Origin: Cyanophora paradoxa CCMP329
Lineage: Eukaryota > Plantae > Glaucophyta
DNA: 64,000 nt
NCBI GenBank assembly: GCA_004431415.1
Contig: QPMI01000332.1
Location: forward strand, 1 to 64,000
Direction: 5' to 3'
The position numbers and the translations under genes were made by a program. Below, piece after piece: positions 1 to 13,108 of the stretch. The notes beneath the pieces are model-generated. The model made no database searches, was not told the DNA's origin, and worked only from the letters and a program-made list of their open reading frames with translations. Position 1 is the first letter of the stretch. Each line of letters begins with the position of its first letter.

Positions 1-3000
1 ACCTCGACGGCCCGCCCCCCGCCCCCGCCCCCGCCCCCGCCCGCCCCGCCCCGCCTGACGCCCCGCAGAGGCCCTCGACGAGGCCGCCGGCGACGGCGAC
101 GAGGACGACGACGAGGAGGAGGACGAGGCGCGCCGCCCGCCCCGCCCCGGCGCCCGCCCCTGACGCCCCGCAGGAGGAGGCCGCAGAGGAGGAGAAGCGG
201 CGCAGCGCGGCGCGCCGCGGCCGCCGCAAGTCGCACCGGCGCCGCAGCACGGAGGCCGGGGAGGAGGGGAGGCGGGGCGGGCGGCCCCGCGGGGGCGCGT
301 GGGGCCGGCTGCGGGCGCGGCGGGCGAGCGCGATCCGGCGGGTGGTGCCGGAGACGGAGCTCTCGCCGCCCGGGGGCCCGCTGGCGGGGTGGCGGAGCAG
401 GGGAGGAGGAGGAGGGGCGGGGGCCGACGAGGGCGTCACCTCCATCGCCGTCGTGCCCCTCGACGCCGCCCCGCCCGGCCCCGAGCCCGCCCCGCCGTCT
501 CCGCCCCGGCCCTCTTCATGCGCCGCTCGCCGCCGGCCTCGCCGCGCCGCGGGGCCTCCTCCGGCGAGGAGAACGAAGGGGTGCGCGCTGCCGGCCCCGC
601 CCCGCCCTGCCCGCCGCCCTGACGCCGGCGCAGTCGCTGGTGACGCCCTTCGCGCGGGCCGGCGCGCCTCCCTCTCCAACGGGACGAAGGGGAGCGGGCA
701 GCGGTCGGGCTCGGTGCGGGGCGCCGCGGAGGGCGAGCGCATGCGGTCGCGGCGCAAGTCGGGGGGCGCGAGGGCCTCATGCTCAGCGCCGTCGCCAACG
801 CGCGGCGGCGCACCCTGGAGGCCCCCCCGGCAACCTCATCGACGCGCTCGTGCAGAGCGACCTGCGCGGGCGCCGCCCCTCGCGCCCCGGCCTCGTGCGC
901 CGGCCCCGCCCCGCCTTGCCGGCGCCGGCTGAGGGGCGCAGGGCCCCGGGGGAGGAGCGGGAGCCTGCGCAGCCGGCGGACGAGCGTGGCGACCCTCGAG
1001 CTCGCCCCGCCCCCGCCCCCGCCCCGCCCCGGCGCTGGACGCGGCGGCGGCGGCGGCGGAGCAGCGGCGGCAGTCGCTGGCGGCGAACCCGCTGCTGGCC
1101 GCCTTCATGGCCGCCTCCGCGGAGGTCGCCGGCCTCCCGCCCCGGGCCTCGCCCCGCCCCGCCCCGCTCCCCCTCCCTCCCGGGCCCGCCACCGCCACCT
1201 CCCCCTCCCCTCCGCCCTCTCCGTGCGCCCCGCCCCGCCCCGCGCCCCGCCCCGCCCCGCCTCACGCCCCGCAGCTCGCCCCCTCGCCGGCCCCGGCGGC
1301 GCTGGAGGGCGGGCGGGGGGCATCCAGACGCTGCACCACGCGCTGCTGCAGGCGTCGGGCCCCGGCGGGGCGCAGCCGCCCGGCGCCGTCGGCTCGCGCT
1401 CGAGCACGGGGCCTCCCTCGCGCCGCCCCCGCAGCCGGCCCCGCTCCACGACGCGCCCCGCCCCGGGACCCCTCGGCGGTGCCGGCGGCGGCGGCGGCGC
1501 GGGCGCTGATCGGGGCGGCGGGTCGGCCGGCGCGGGCCGCACCTTCACAAGCCTCGACGCCGCCATCGCCCACTTCGCCGCCGCCGCCGGCGCCACCGAC
1601 GCCGCCGCGCCCCCGAGGCCCCGCCGCCGCCCCGGTCCCGGCGCCGGCCCCGGCGGCGGCCCCCGAGGCCGCCGCGGCGAGGCCGACGACGCCGAAGCTC
1701 TTCGCGCTGCTGGCGGCGCTGGGGGCGACGAGGGCGGCGGGGGCCGGGGAGGCGGCGGGGTGCGCAAGGCGAGCGCCCTCTCCCGCTCGGGGGCCGGCTC
1801 GCGGACCCTCTCGAAGGCGTCGCGGGGGAGCTCGGGCGGGGGCGGCGCTGGCCTCAACCCCCGCACCCTCGCCCTCCACGAGGCCCTCCTCCGCGAGGCG
1901 CGCCCCCCGCCCGCCCCCTCGCCCGTCCGCCCCGCTGACCCCGCACAGGGGGGGGCCCCGGCGGCGGCGGCGGCGGCGCTGGCAGAGGGCGGGGAGGGCA
2001 AGCGGGGGAAGAAGAAGGGGGCGGGGGGGAAGAAGAAGAAGGAGGGGGAGGGGCGGCGGGAGGCGCGGGGGGCGCCCCGGAGGAGGGCCCGCAAGGCCTC
2101 CCTCTCCTCCGACAGGCCGCCCCGCCCCCGCCCCTCCTCCCACTCCTCCTCCCACTCCTCCTCCTCCTCCTCCTCCGGTTCCTCCTCCTCGGGCTCATCC
2201 TCCGGCTCCTCCTCCTCCTCCTCCTCCTCCTCGTCAGGGGCGTCGGGGCGGCGGGCGGGGGGGGCGGCGGGCCGGGCGCGGCGGGGGAGTGGGGCGGCGC
2301 TGGCGGAGCGGGAGGAGGACGAGGCGGAGGTGCTGCTCTGCGTCGGGCGCCCCCGCCTCTCCGACGGCGTCCGCCGCCGCTCCAACCGCGCCGCCCCCGC
2401 CGACGAGCGCCCCGCCCCGCCCGAGGCCCCGCCCGCGCCCCCCGGCCGTGCGCGGCAGTGCGGCCAAGTACGCGGTGCGCGGCGAGGGCGACGGGCCCGG
2501 CGAGGAGGAGGAGGAGGAGGGCGGGGCCGGCGGGGCGCCCGGCGGCCTCGTCGCCCGGGTGCTGGCCCTGGGCGGCGCGGGAGCGGGACGCCGCCGGGAA
2601 GGGGCCGGCGGGGCGCCGCGGGAGCACCATCTTCGCCACCGGGCGCCACACCCTCCAGGTACCCCCCGCTCGGCTCGCCCCGCCCCGCCGCCGGGGCCGA
2701 CGGGGCGGGCGGGGCGGGGCAGCTCGGCGGGTCGGGGAAGAGCCGGTCGGGGTCGAGCGGGGGCGGCGTGCTGGGGATCCTGAAGCGGGGGCGGCGGGCC
2801 TCGCGGGGCCCTCGTGCGCCGCCCCTCGGCGGAGGCGGCGGGGGAGGCGCCCGACCTCGAGGCCGGCCCATCCGCCCCGCCCCGCCCCGCCTCGAAGGCC
2901 GGGGAGGGGGCGGCGCCGCGGCGGGGCTCGAAGGAGGGGGCGGGGGCCGGGGCGGGGGCGGGGGACGGGGAGGAGAGCTTCGACGAGGAGCGGGAGGAGC

Positions 3001-4217
3001 AGCTGGCGGCGGAGGCGAAGGCGGCGGTGGAGGAGCGGGAGCGGGCGGAGGCGCAGGCCAAGGCGGAGGCCGTGCAGGGGCGGAAGCGGGACCACATGCG
3101 GGAGCTGCGGGTGCGGTACATGGGCATCGCCATCTTCATCCTCTGCTTCGCCGCCCTCAACATCACCTCCGCCTTCTACCTCTGGGACGGCGCCTCCTTC
3201 GTCTCCCCCGAGCTCTACTCCGCCGGCGTGCGCCGCTGGCGGGCCGCCGAGGCGGCCTTCCTCGCCCGCGAGGCCGTCCTCGACGACGGCAACGTGGCCC
3301 CGCGGGGCGCCCTCCTCGCCGCCCTCGCCGCCGCCGTGGACGAGCTCGTCGTGCGCCACGAGGCCCTCAAGTACTCCAACGCCTCCCTCGGCGTCAAGAC
3401 CCCCGGCGCCGCCCGCTACGGGCCCCAGACCGACCTCCTCTACCGCCCCGCCTGCCTCCGCGCCCCGCCGGCCGCCTGCGGGGAGGCCTCCCCCCCGGGC
3501 TCGGGCTTCCCGACGGGGGCGACGGGGCTGGGCCGGTACAGCGCGGCGGAGGCGGTGGCGGCGGGGAGCGGGCTGGACGTGCTGGTGTACGCCTTCGCGG
3601 GGGCGGCGCGCTCGGCCCTCGCCGACCTCCGCGCCGCCACGCCCCTCCGCTACGACCCCGCCGCCCCGCCCACGCCTCGGGCCCCGAGCGCTCCTCCTCC
3701 CCCTACTGCCCCGACGCCCCGCGGCGGTCAAGGCGCGGGAGGCCCTCGAGCCGCGCCCCGCCGCCGCCCCGCCCCGCACCGCCCCCCACGCCGACCCCGC
3801 CGCCGGCGCCCCGGCCCTCGAGGCCGCCCCGCCGCGAGCCTGGCGTTCGTGCGGAAGGCGGGCCTGGAGGACCTGCCGGACGGGCTGCGGACGTCGATCG
3901 GGCTGATCGCGCGGGAGGCGGAGGCGCGGCTCGCGCTGGTGCGCATCTGCCACTTCATCGTCCAGCCCGCCGACTTCGTCATCCTCGTCGTCATCTACGG
4001 TCCCCGCCCCCGCCCGCCCCGCCCCGCCCCGGCCCGCCCGCTGGGGGCCGACGGGGCGCGGGGGGCATGCGCAGTGGTGTTCTTCAAGCCGGTGCTGCAG
4101 CGGCTGAAGGTGGAGTGCAACCGGACGAACCAGGTGCTGATGATGATCCCCCGCAACGTCATCCTCGAGGTCAAGTTCCTCTCCACCTTCTTCACCGCCG
4201 ACGACACCCCCGAGTAG
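1..4217 (+). CDS. 3' part of a large spliced membrane protein, TmcB/TmcC (tiny macrocysts)-like
   Basis: Low-complexity Ser/Glu-rich exons, then TM segment RYMGIAIFILCFAALNITSAFYLW and C-terminus VVFFKPVLQRLKVECNRTNQVLMMIPRNVILEVKFLSTFF..PE* (TAG 4215-4217), which resembles TmcB-family ends. The 5' end is outside the window. Confidence 0.55.
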
Positions 4218-4320
4218 CCCCCGCCGCCACCCCCGCCCCACCCCACCCCCGCCCGCCCCCTTGCCCCCCCGCCCGCCCTGTCCCCGGAGGCCCCAGCCGC
4301 CCCCGATCGCGAGAGGGCCC

Positions 4321-4800
4321 AGCCTAGGCATGCGCATGCAGCTGGCAGCTGCAGCTGCATGCCGCGGCCCAGTCGTCAGGCCCACTGGGGCATTGTTATT
4401 ATCGGTTCTCAGATTCATTAAATATTTAAGCTTTCGGATTGCAATTGCAATTGCAAGTCACAAATCATTGTGACTTCGACAAGCTCGAGGCCAGCCCGCG
4501 GCGCGCGCGGCGGGCCCGGACAACTTGGCAAGCCCGCGGCGCGCGCGGCGGGCCCGCGGCCCCCGCGGAGACATGAAGTCCTTGCGGGTTCGGTTGAATT
4601 CGAAGGGCCCGGCTTCGAATTCCGAAGTTCATGATCTGGTCAAGCCTTATAAATTAAGCTTGAAGGGCTCGCGGGGCCCCCGAGGGCCTCTGGGGCTCCG
4701 AGCCTCGGAGGCTCATGATCAAGACCATCGGATAACTGAGTCACGACTCTCGGCGATCGATCACCGGCTCAGCGGCTCAAAATCATCGGATTAGAACAGG
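4321..4800. repeat. Micro-palindrome-dense intergenic tract
   Basis: GCA-TGC-GCA-TGC (4328-4339), CAG-CTG-CAG-CTG (4346-4357), TTG-CAA x3 (4439-4456), plus many AAGCTT/TTCGAA/TCATGA/ATCGAT hexamers. Confidence 0.8.
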
Positions 4801-4819
4801 GACACTGCAGTTGCACTGC

Positions 4820-6489
4820 CCCTGTTGAAGGGGAAGGACCCCTGAAAGTTATTAACCCCTGCGGCTGGTCATGATCACGTTATCTTTGAGCCGAGATATA
4901 TATAGTGTGGACTCTGATAGCAGCTCACTCATGGGGGAGGAAGGGGGGGGGTGGGGGGAGGACGAGATCTAGCTCAGCGGAGGACTATAGCTAGATCTTG
5001 AGAAGCGCCGCCGCCCACCGCGCCTCCGCCGCGGCGCCCCGCCCTGCGAGCCGCGCCGCCCCCGAACGCGCCTCCGCCCTGACCGTCGAGACGCGCCCGT
5101 CGAGCCGCTACGCCGCCCGCAGCGCCTCCCGCCCCGCCCGGCGAGCCGCGCCGCCGCACGCCGCGCCTCCCGCCCCGCCCGGCGAGCCGCGCCGGCGCAC
5201 GCCGCGCCTCCGCCCCGCCCGGCGAGCGGCGCCGGCGCCGCCGCCCGCTGCGCCTCCGTCCCGCCCGGCGAGCCGCACCGGCGCCGCCGCCCGCCGCGCC
5301 TCCGCCCTGGCCGGCGCGCCGCGCCGCCGCCACCGCCCGCCGCGCCTCCGTCCTGCCCGGCCGCGGCGAGCCGCGCCGGCGCCGCCGCCCGCCGCGCCTC
5401 CGCCCTGCCCGGCGAGCCGCGCCGCCGCCCGCTACGCCTCCGCCCCGAGGAGCGGAGGATCCGGCGGCCGCGCCGCCGCGCCGGCGTTGGCCGGCGTCGG
5501 CGCGGGCGGACCCGGGAGGCTAGGCGCAGCGGCAGACCTTCCCCCCGCGGCCGCGGCAGAGCTCGAGGGAGCGACGAGCACAGCTGTGCAGCATGCGCAC
5601 CGATGGAACAGATGCGAGTTTGATGCCCAGCTGCAGCTGCGACGTTCGCTGCTGCGTCTCGCGGCCGCGGTCGCGGGAAGTGAGAGGGCGGCGCGGCGGA
5701 GGAGGACGGGTTCGTACCTGGTGCGGCCGGAATCGGCGGAGCGTGGAGCGTGGCAGCGCCGACGGCAGCGCCGCGCGCGGCGAGCGCACGAGCGAGGAGT
5801 GAGGCTCGAGCGGCCCGGCCCGGGCGAGCGCGGTCGACGGACGCCACGCGCTGAACTTCGCGCGGCTGATCATGAAGTCCAGCTGCAGCAAGCCGACAGC
5901 CGGAGCTCAGCTAGTTGCCCAGCTTGCCGGCTAAATCGTGCGCTCGTACCCAGCAATTGGCTCCATTCCCCCCCTGCGGAGCATTTGCGGCTGCTCTGTT
6001 GCACAAACGAAGCTGCTGTTCCTTGTCCACCGTGGCACCTAGCGGACCTCAGCGTTCAAGCGGTGTACCCAGCAATCGGCCGAAACTCTCAGGAGTTTCG
6101 ATAGATCGAGTCTCGGACTAGCAAGTACAAAGGTACTTGAGGCGGCCTAGCGGGCCACCCTGTGCCCCTCCGCTCTCGGCATGTATGACATGAATCATCG
6201 GGCGTATCAGGCGCATTCAGGCGCACTTGGTCAGGCAGATATACCGCCACCTGGTGAGGCGCTAGGTTGCATTTTTTGAAAACGTGTTATTGCCCATTCC
6301 TGGTTCACCGGATAGGACCCAGAACTTCCGGCACACGTTTTCGGACTCCTAGGGACATGCCTTGCTAGGATCCGGCGAGAAAACCCGGGTTTTGGGAGAT
6401 CGGGACATTTCATTTTGGCCTAGGGTGGGCACCCGAACACCCCTAAGTGGGGGAAGGGGAAGGGGGTCCTTCCCCAATGAATTTCAGGG
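4820..6489. mobile_element. Possible decayed non-autonomous TIR element
   Basis: CCCTG..GGGGAAGGACCCC (4820-4842) is mirrored by GGGGTCCTTCCCC..CAGGG (6463-6489). Flanks TTGCACTGC / TTGCATTTGC resemble a degenerate target duplication. No transposase seen. Confidence 0.3.
5005..5450. repeat. Degenerate GC-rich tandem repeat (core GCCGCGCCTCCGCCC..CCCGGCGAGCCGC)
   Basis: The core motif recurs about 8 times at roughly 45-60 bp spacing. Confidence 0.7.
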
Positions 6490-6499
6490 TTGCATTTGC

Positions 6500-7020
6500 C
6501 AATCTTGATCATCGGATTGCAAGCCGTCACGGCCGCGGGCGTGCCATGCCATAATACAGATGGCGGATACAATACAGATAATACTCAGTGACTGCCGCTG
6601 ATGGCAACTTGCAACTTGGCAAGGCCCGCGGGCTCGTGGGGCCTCCGGGGCTCCGGGGATCACGGCGTGCCATGCCGCAGTGCCGCGTGCCGCCGGCGCA
6701 GTGCCGCGTGCCGCAGTGCCATGATCATCGGATATCGATAGCGGCTCATGATCATTATCATGATCACTCGATCGATCAGTGACTGCCGCTGATTAATTGG
6801 AAATTAAACTTTCGCCGAGTCGCAGTTTGAAACCTACCTCAACTTTGGAGGCCTTCAAGGCTCAGCGGCTTATGAAGCTCGTTGTGGATGCCATGATGAG
6901 CCTCAGGGCTCGCCGGGCTCGGATGGCCGCCGCGCGCGCGGGCTCTAGCCTAGTAGACCTAGGTCTACATCTCACGATATCGATCATGATTTCGCGATCG
7001 AACGCGAGCCTCTAGATCTT
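6500..7020. repeat. Micro-palindrome-dense intergenic tract
   Basis: GAT-ATC-GAT (6731, 6976), TCA-TGA-TCA (6746, 6758), TCT-AGA-TCT (7011), and a perfect 16-bp palindrome GTAGACCTAGGTCTAC (6953-6968). Confidence 0.8.
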
Positions 7021-7347
7021 TCAAGTTTTAAGGTCGCCGGGCCAGACACCGGGGCCGGGGTCCGGGGAGCCTAATCCTTCGAGGCCTAGGGATTCCGGAC
7101 CGGACGGAACCCTGGGCCCCGCCGAGCCTAACCCCCCCGGCCTGGGGCTGGGAGCCAGCCCGGGACCCCCTCCCCCGCCCATCATGCTCCAGGCCGCAGC
7201 GTGCGGCCCCCCCTTGCGGAGGGCACCGCTTATGCCGCCCCCAGGGCGGCTCGAGCTCGGGGGCTGCACGCGCCGCGATGCTCCGAGTCCTGTGGTCGCT
7301 TGCGAGACGGAAACACGCGCCGGGGCGCAGCGCCGAAAAAAAGATTA

Positions 7348-9775
<2,428 letters not shown>

Positions 9776-9920
9776 CGTCGCCCACGAACAGGTACTGACC
9801 GGCACGCGTACCCGTCCACAAGCCGCAAGCCGCACGGCTTCGGCTAGCTTGGCTTAAGCTTCAAGGCTTGAGGCGTGGACGCGCCAACCCATCGCAGCAG
9901 AGGACCCTAGCCTCGAGCCG

Positions 9921-10563
9921 ATGGAGAGCGCCGGCGTGACGGCGGCGGTCGAGCAGGCCATTCGAGAGAAGCTCGCGCCGACGCACTTGGAAATAAGGTC
10001 TGTGCCGGCCTTCGAGCGCCATAGCTGCTTCGCACTTAGAGTGCTGGCCACGCGCGCATGCTGTCGGTCGCCGGACCACACATACGTCGCGCCCTGTGCC
10101 CTGGACAGCGAGCGTCCCAACGTCATCAAGCGCGCCTGTCAGCGGCTTATTTCACGTCGCAGGAACGTTGGAGAGTGCGATGGCCACAAGCTGGATGTGC
10201 GCGGTACGCTTTGCAGCGCTGCATGCGCTGACCGCCCGACCCGCAGGCGGTTATCGTGTCGGAGGCCTTTGCCGGCAAGGTACGCTGACGTTGCTCTTTG
10301 CGAGCCTCCGCGAAGGCCCTGCGGCGGCTGTCCTCGTGCCGCCGGCCAACGTCGGTGCTGGGCGGGGGCGCAGATGCTGCTGGAGCAGCACCGGCTGGTC
10401 AACGCGGCGCTCGGGGACCTCATGAAGACCTCCATCCACGCCTTCACGTGCGAACCACGCACACGCACCGCACATGCGCGCTGCACGCTGACGCCGGCGC
10501 GTCAGGATGAAGACGTACACGCCGCAGCGCTGGGCCCAGCTCCAGCAGGCGCCCCCCTCCTGA
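9921..10563 (+). CDS. BOLA: BolA-family protein (spliced)
   Basis: Exons join to MESAGVTAAVEQAIREKLAPTHLEI|..|AVIVSEAFAGK|MLLEQHRLVNAALGDLMKTSIHAF|.MKTYTPQRW..*, matching the BolA IVS..F.GK..L.QHR.V...IHA motif. Confidence 0.9.
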
Positions 10564-10789
10564 CCCCAGCCTACCGCACCGCTCGGCAAGAATCTGGGGT
10601 TGGACTTTGATTTCGAGATTGGACGGGGTTGGAAGGGGATGGAATTCGATCTGAGGTTGAACACAGCTAGTCAGACAGCTAGCAGACAGCGCGTGTCGCG
10701 TCGAAATGGAGGGAACAGCGCAGCGTGCGTGCAATTGGAGGGCAAAGGGCGGGGCTGCAGGGCGGGGCTGCAGGGCGGGAGCTCAGTGG

Positions 10790-12365
10790 CTAGTCGACGG
10801 GCCGGGCGTCGGCGTCGATGTCGGGGGTGGGGTGGGGCGGGGCGGGGTCGGTGTGGTCGGCGGGGGGGAGCTTGAGGAGGCGGATCTGCGCGGGGTGAGT
10901 CGGGGCGGAGCGGGGCTGGGCGGGGGGCGGCGCCTGCGTCAGGAGGGCGACGGCGGGTACGAGGCGCGCCACGTCGACATCCAGCGCTCGCGCCCCGAGG
11001 TCTGCGCCCCGCGCCCCTCGGCCGGCGGCGGCGAGGGGCGCCCCGGCGCACAGCGCACCGGCGAGGAACCAGGCCCACATCGCCGGCCCGAGGAACCCGA
11101 GGAGGCCCCGCGTGAAGGCGAGGCGGGCCCCCGCGCGCGCCGCCCCCGCGCCGCCACGCCCACCGCCACGCGCGCCGCAGCCGCCTCCACCGCCGCGCTC
11201 GCCGCCGCCTGGCGCGCCACCTGCGCCGCACTTCGGCCGGGAGTTGGGCGGCGGGGAGGCCGGACGCGCCTGCAGTGCGACGAGGCGGGCGGCGAGGGTC
11301 CGCGCCGCCTGCTGCACGGCGAGGGGCCCCAGCACGCTGAGCGCCACCGCCCCGCCCCCTTTCAGCAGCGTCCGCAGCGCCTCCTCCTCATCGCCCTCCT
11401 GCGCGCCGTGAGGGCGGAGCGGGGCGGGGGCGCGGATGCGGAGCAGACAGCGGCGAAGGAGTCGAACTGGGCGCGCTCGCCGGGGGACATGCGGTCGCGC
11501 GCCTCCCGCAGCACGTACATGTACACCTGCCGCCGCCTGTCCCGCGCTGCTGCGGCGCGGCTGCGAGGGGGCGGGCGGGGCGCGCCTGGAGCTCGAGCTC
11601 TGGAGGTGCAAGTTGGCGGGAGCCCTCCGGCGCGGCCGGCTCGACGGAGCGGAGCGGAAGGGCGAGGCGGCGGCAGACGCGCCGCAGCAGACGGCCGTAT
11701 GTCACCTCAGCCGCCCGCCCCCCGAGCACCTCCGCCGCCGTCGCCGCGCACTCCCGCAACCGCCCCGCCAACTTTGCCTCCCACACCGCCCGCGAACCCG
11801 GCGCTCCGCCCATCAGCCGCTCCACGAAGACGGGGCCCTCCAGTACCTCTTCTTCTTCGATAAGGCCGAGCGCGCGCGCCGCGCGCCGCAGGTCGATCTT
11901 CGGACGGTACAGGATCTCCGTCAGCTCCTCGAGCTCCCCGTCGCTCGCCGCCGCCAGCACCGCCGCCAGCAGCTCCTCACCTGCCTCGAGCTCCGGCAGC
12001 CCCCCCCGCGGCGGCTCCGGCGAGCTCACAGCTGCTGCGGCTCCGGCGAGCTCATAGCCGTCCGCAGGCAGCGGATGAACAGGGACCTGTCCTTCAAACG
12101 CCCTCACTCGAGCGAGCCTCTGGTGCGCAGCGAAAGTGCTCCGCGGCCGCCTGCGCTGTGCAGTTGCGACTGCTCTACATCCTACGAACGTGCCATGCAG
12201 CCGCGTGCGCGGCTGCGGTGGTCGCCTTCGCAGCGCCTGCGTACGCAAGCGCGCGTGCTGGCACGTCAACTGATCGGCACCGACCGCTGCACGCTGCAGC
12301 TGCAGTGGCTGCGGAACGAACAGCGAGATGAACTGCAGCCGTGCGCCAGCTGCAGCGTTCGGCAT
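10790..12365 (-). CDS. Cyanobacterial YaaW-like protein with predicted plastid transit peptide (spliced)
   Basis: ASDGELEELTEILY, VTYGRLLRRVCRRL, KGGGAVALS, LGFLGPAMWAWFLA|DLGARAL..ARLVPAVALL|QIRL resemble cyanobacterial YaaW-family proteins as I recall them. Arg/Ala-rich N-extension ends in VRA. Confidence 0.75.
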
Positions 12366-12437
12366 CGCCGGCGCCGAGCTAACTTAGTAAAGCTGAACTT
12401 CAGAAGGTCGGTTGGGGGTACAGACGCAAGGGGGGGC

Positions 12438-12841
12438 CTCTCGAATGGCCTGCTCGACCGCCGCCGTCACGCCGGCGCTCTCCATCGGCTCGAGGCTAGG
12501 GTCCTCTGCTGCGATGGGTTGGCGCGTCCACGCCTCAAGCCTTGAAGCTTAAGCCAATTGCAAGCTAAGCCTTGAAGCCCCAATTGCAAGTCGTGCGGCT
12601 TGCCGGTTGCGGACGGGTACGCGTGCCGGTCAGTACCTGTTCGTGGGCGACGATGCTTGGTCGTGTAGTGTCTCGCGGCGTCTCCCGGGCCGCCCAGGGC
12701 GGTGTCCGCCATGTGGTGGCCATGGCGGAGGCGGCCTCGGCTGCCCGCGTCGCAGCGGTCCGCCGCCTCGTCGCCGCGGCGCGGCTTCCGCGGCCCCCGC
12801 CATCGGCAAGCTCGCCGATCCGAGTGAGCAGCCTTAGCTTC
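12438..12841. repeat. Inverted duplicate of 9601-9968 (ATP2 5' coding, shared promoter, BolA 5' coding)
   Basis: The reverse complement aligns base by base except for a few substitutions and short insertions. Both gene fragments are truncated. Confidence 0.97.
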
Positions 12842-12873
12842 GTCTATCTCTGCAAGGCGAGGGGGCGGACGGG

Positions 12874-13065
12874 CTACGATGCGGAGGGGGCGGGGGCAGC
12901 GGCGGGGGCTGCAGCGGGGGCGGGGGGCTGGGCCTGGGCCTTGGCGAGGGCGGCGGCGAGGAGGGGCACGTAGGCGGGGCTCATGTGGGTGCCGTCGAGG
13001 CCGAACTCCGGCCGCAGCGCACCCCCGTCCGGCGTGAGCAGCTGCGGGGGGCGCGTGAGGCGTGT

Positions 13066-13108
<43 letters not shown>

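Noticed and set aside
7021-7330. GC hairpins downstream of ATP2 as a structured ncRNA
   Set aside because: Short stems are expected at this GC content and no RNA family motif is recognisable. No tRNA or rRNA was recognised anywhere in the window.
12184-12196. Frameshifted MA(T)FVG start suggesting YaaW is a pseudogene
   Set aside because: An in-frame ATG at 12365 gives an uninterrupted transit-like N-terminus.
13068-13107. 40-nt poly-G run (also poly-C at 20290-20324)
   Set aside because: Intronic or intergenic homopolymers of unreliable length, with no evidence of function.
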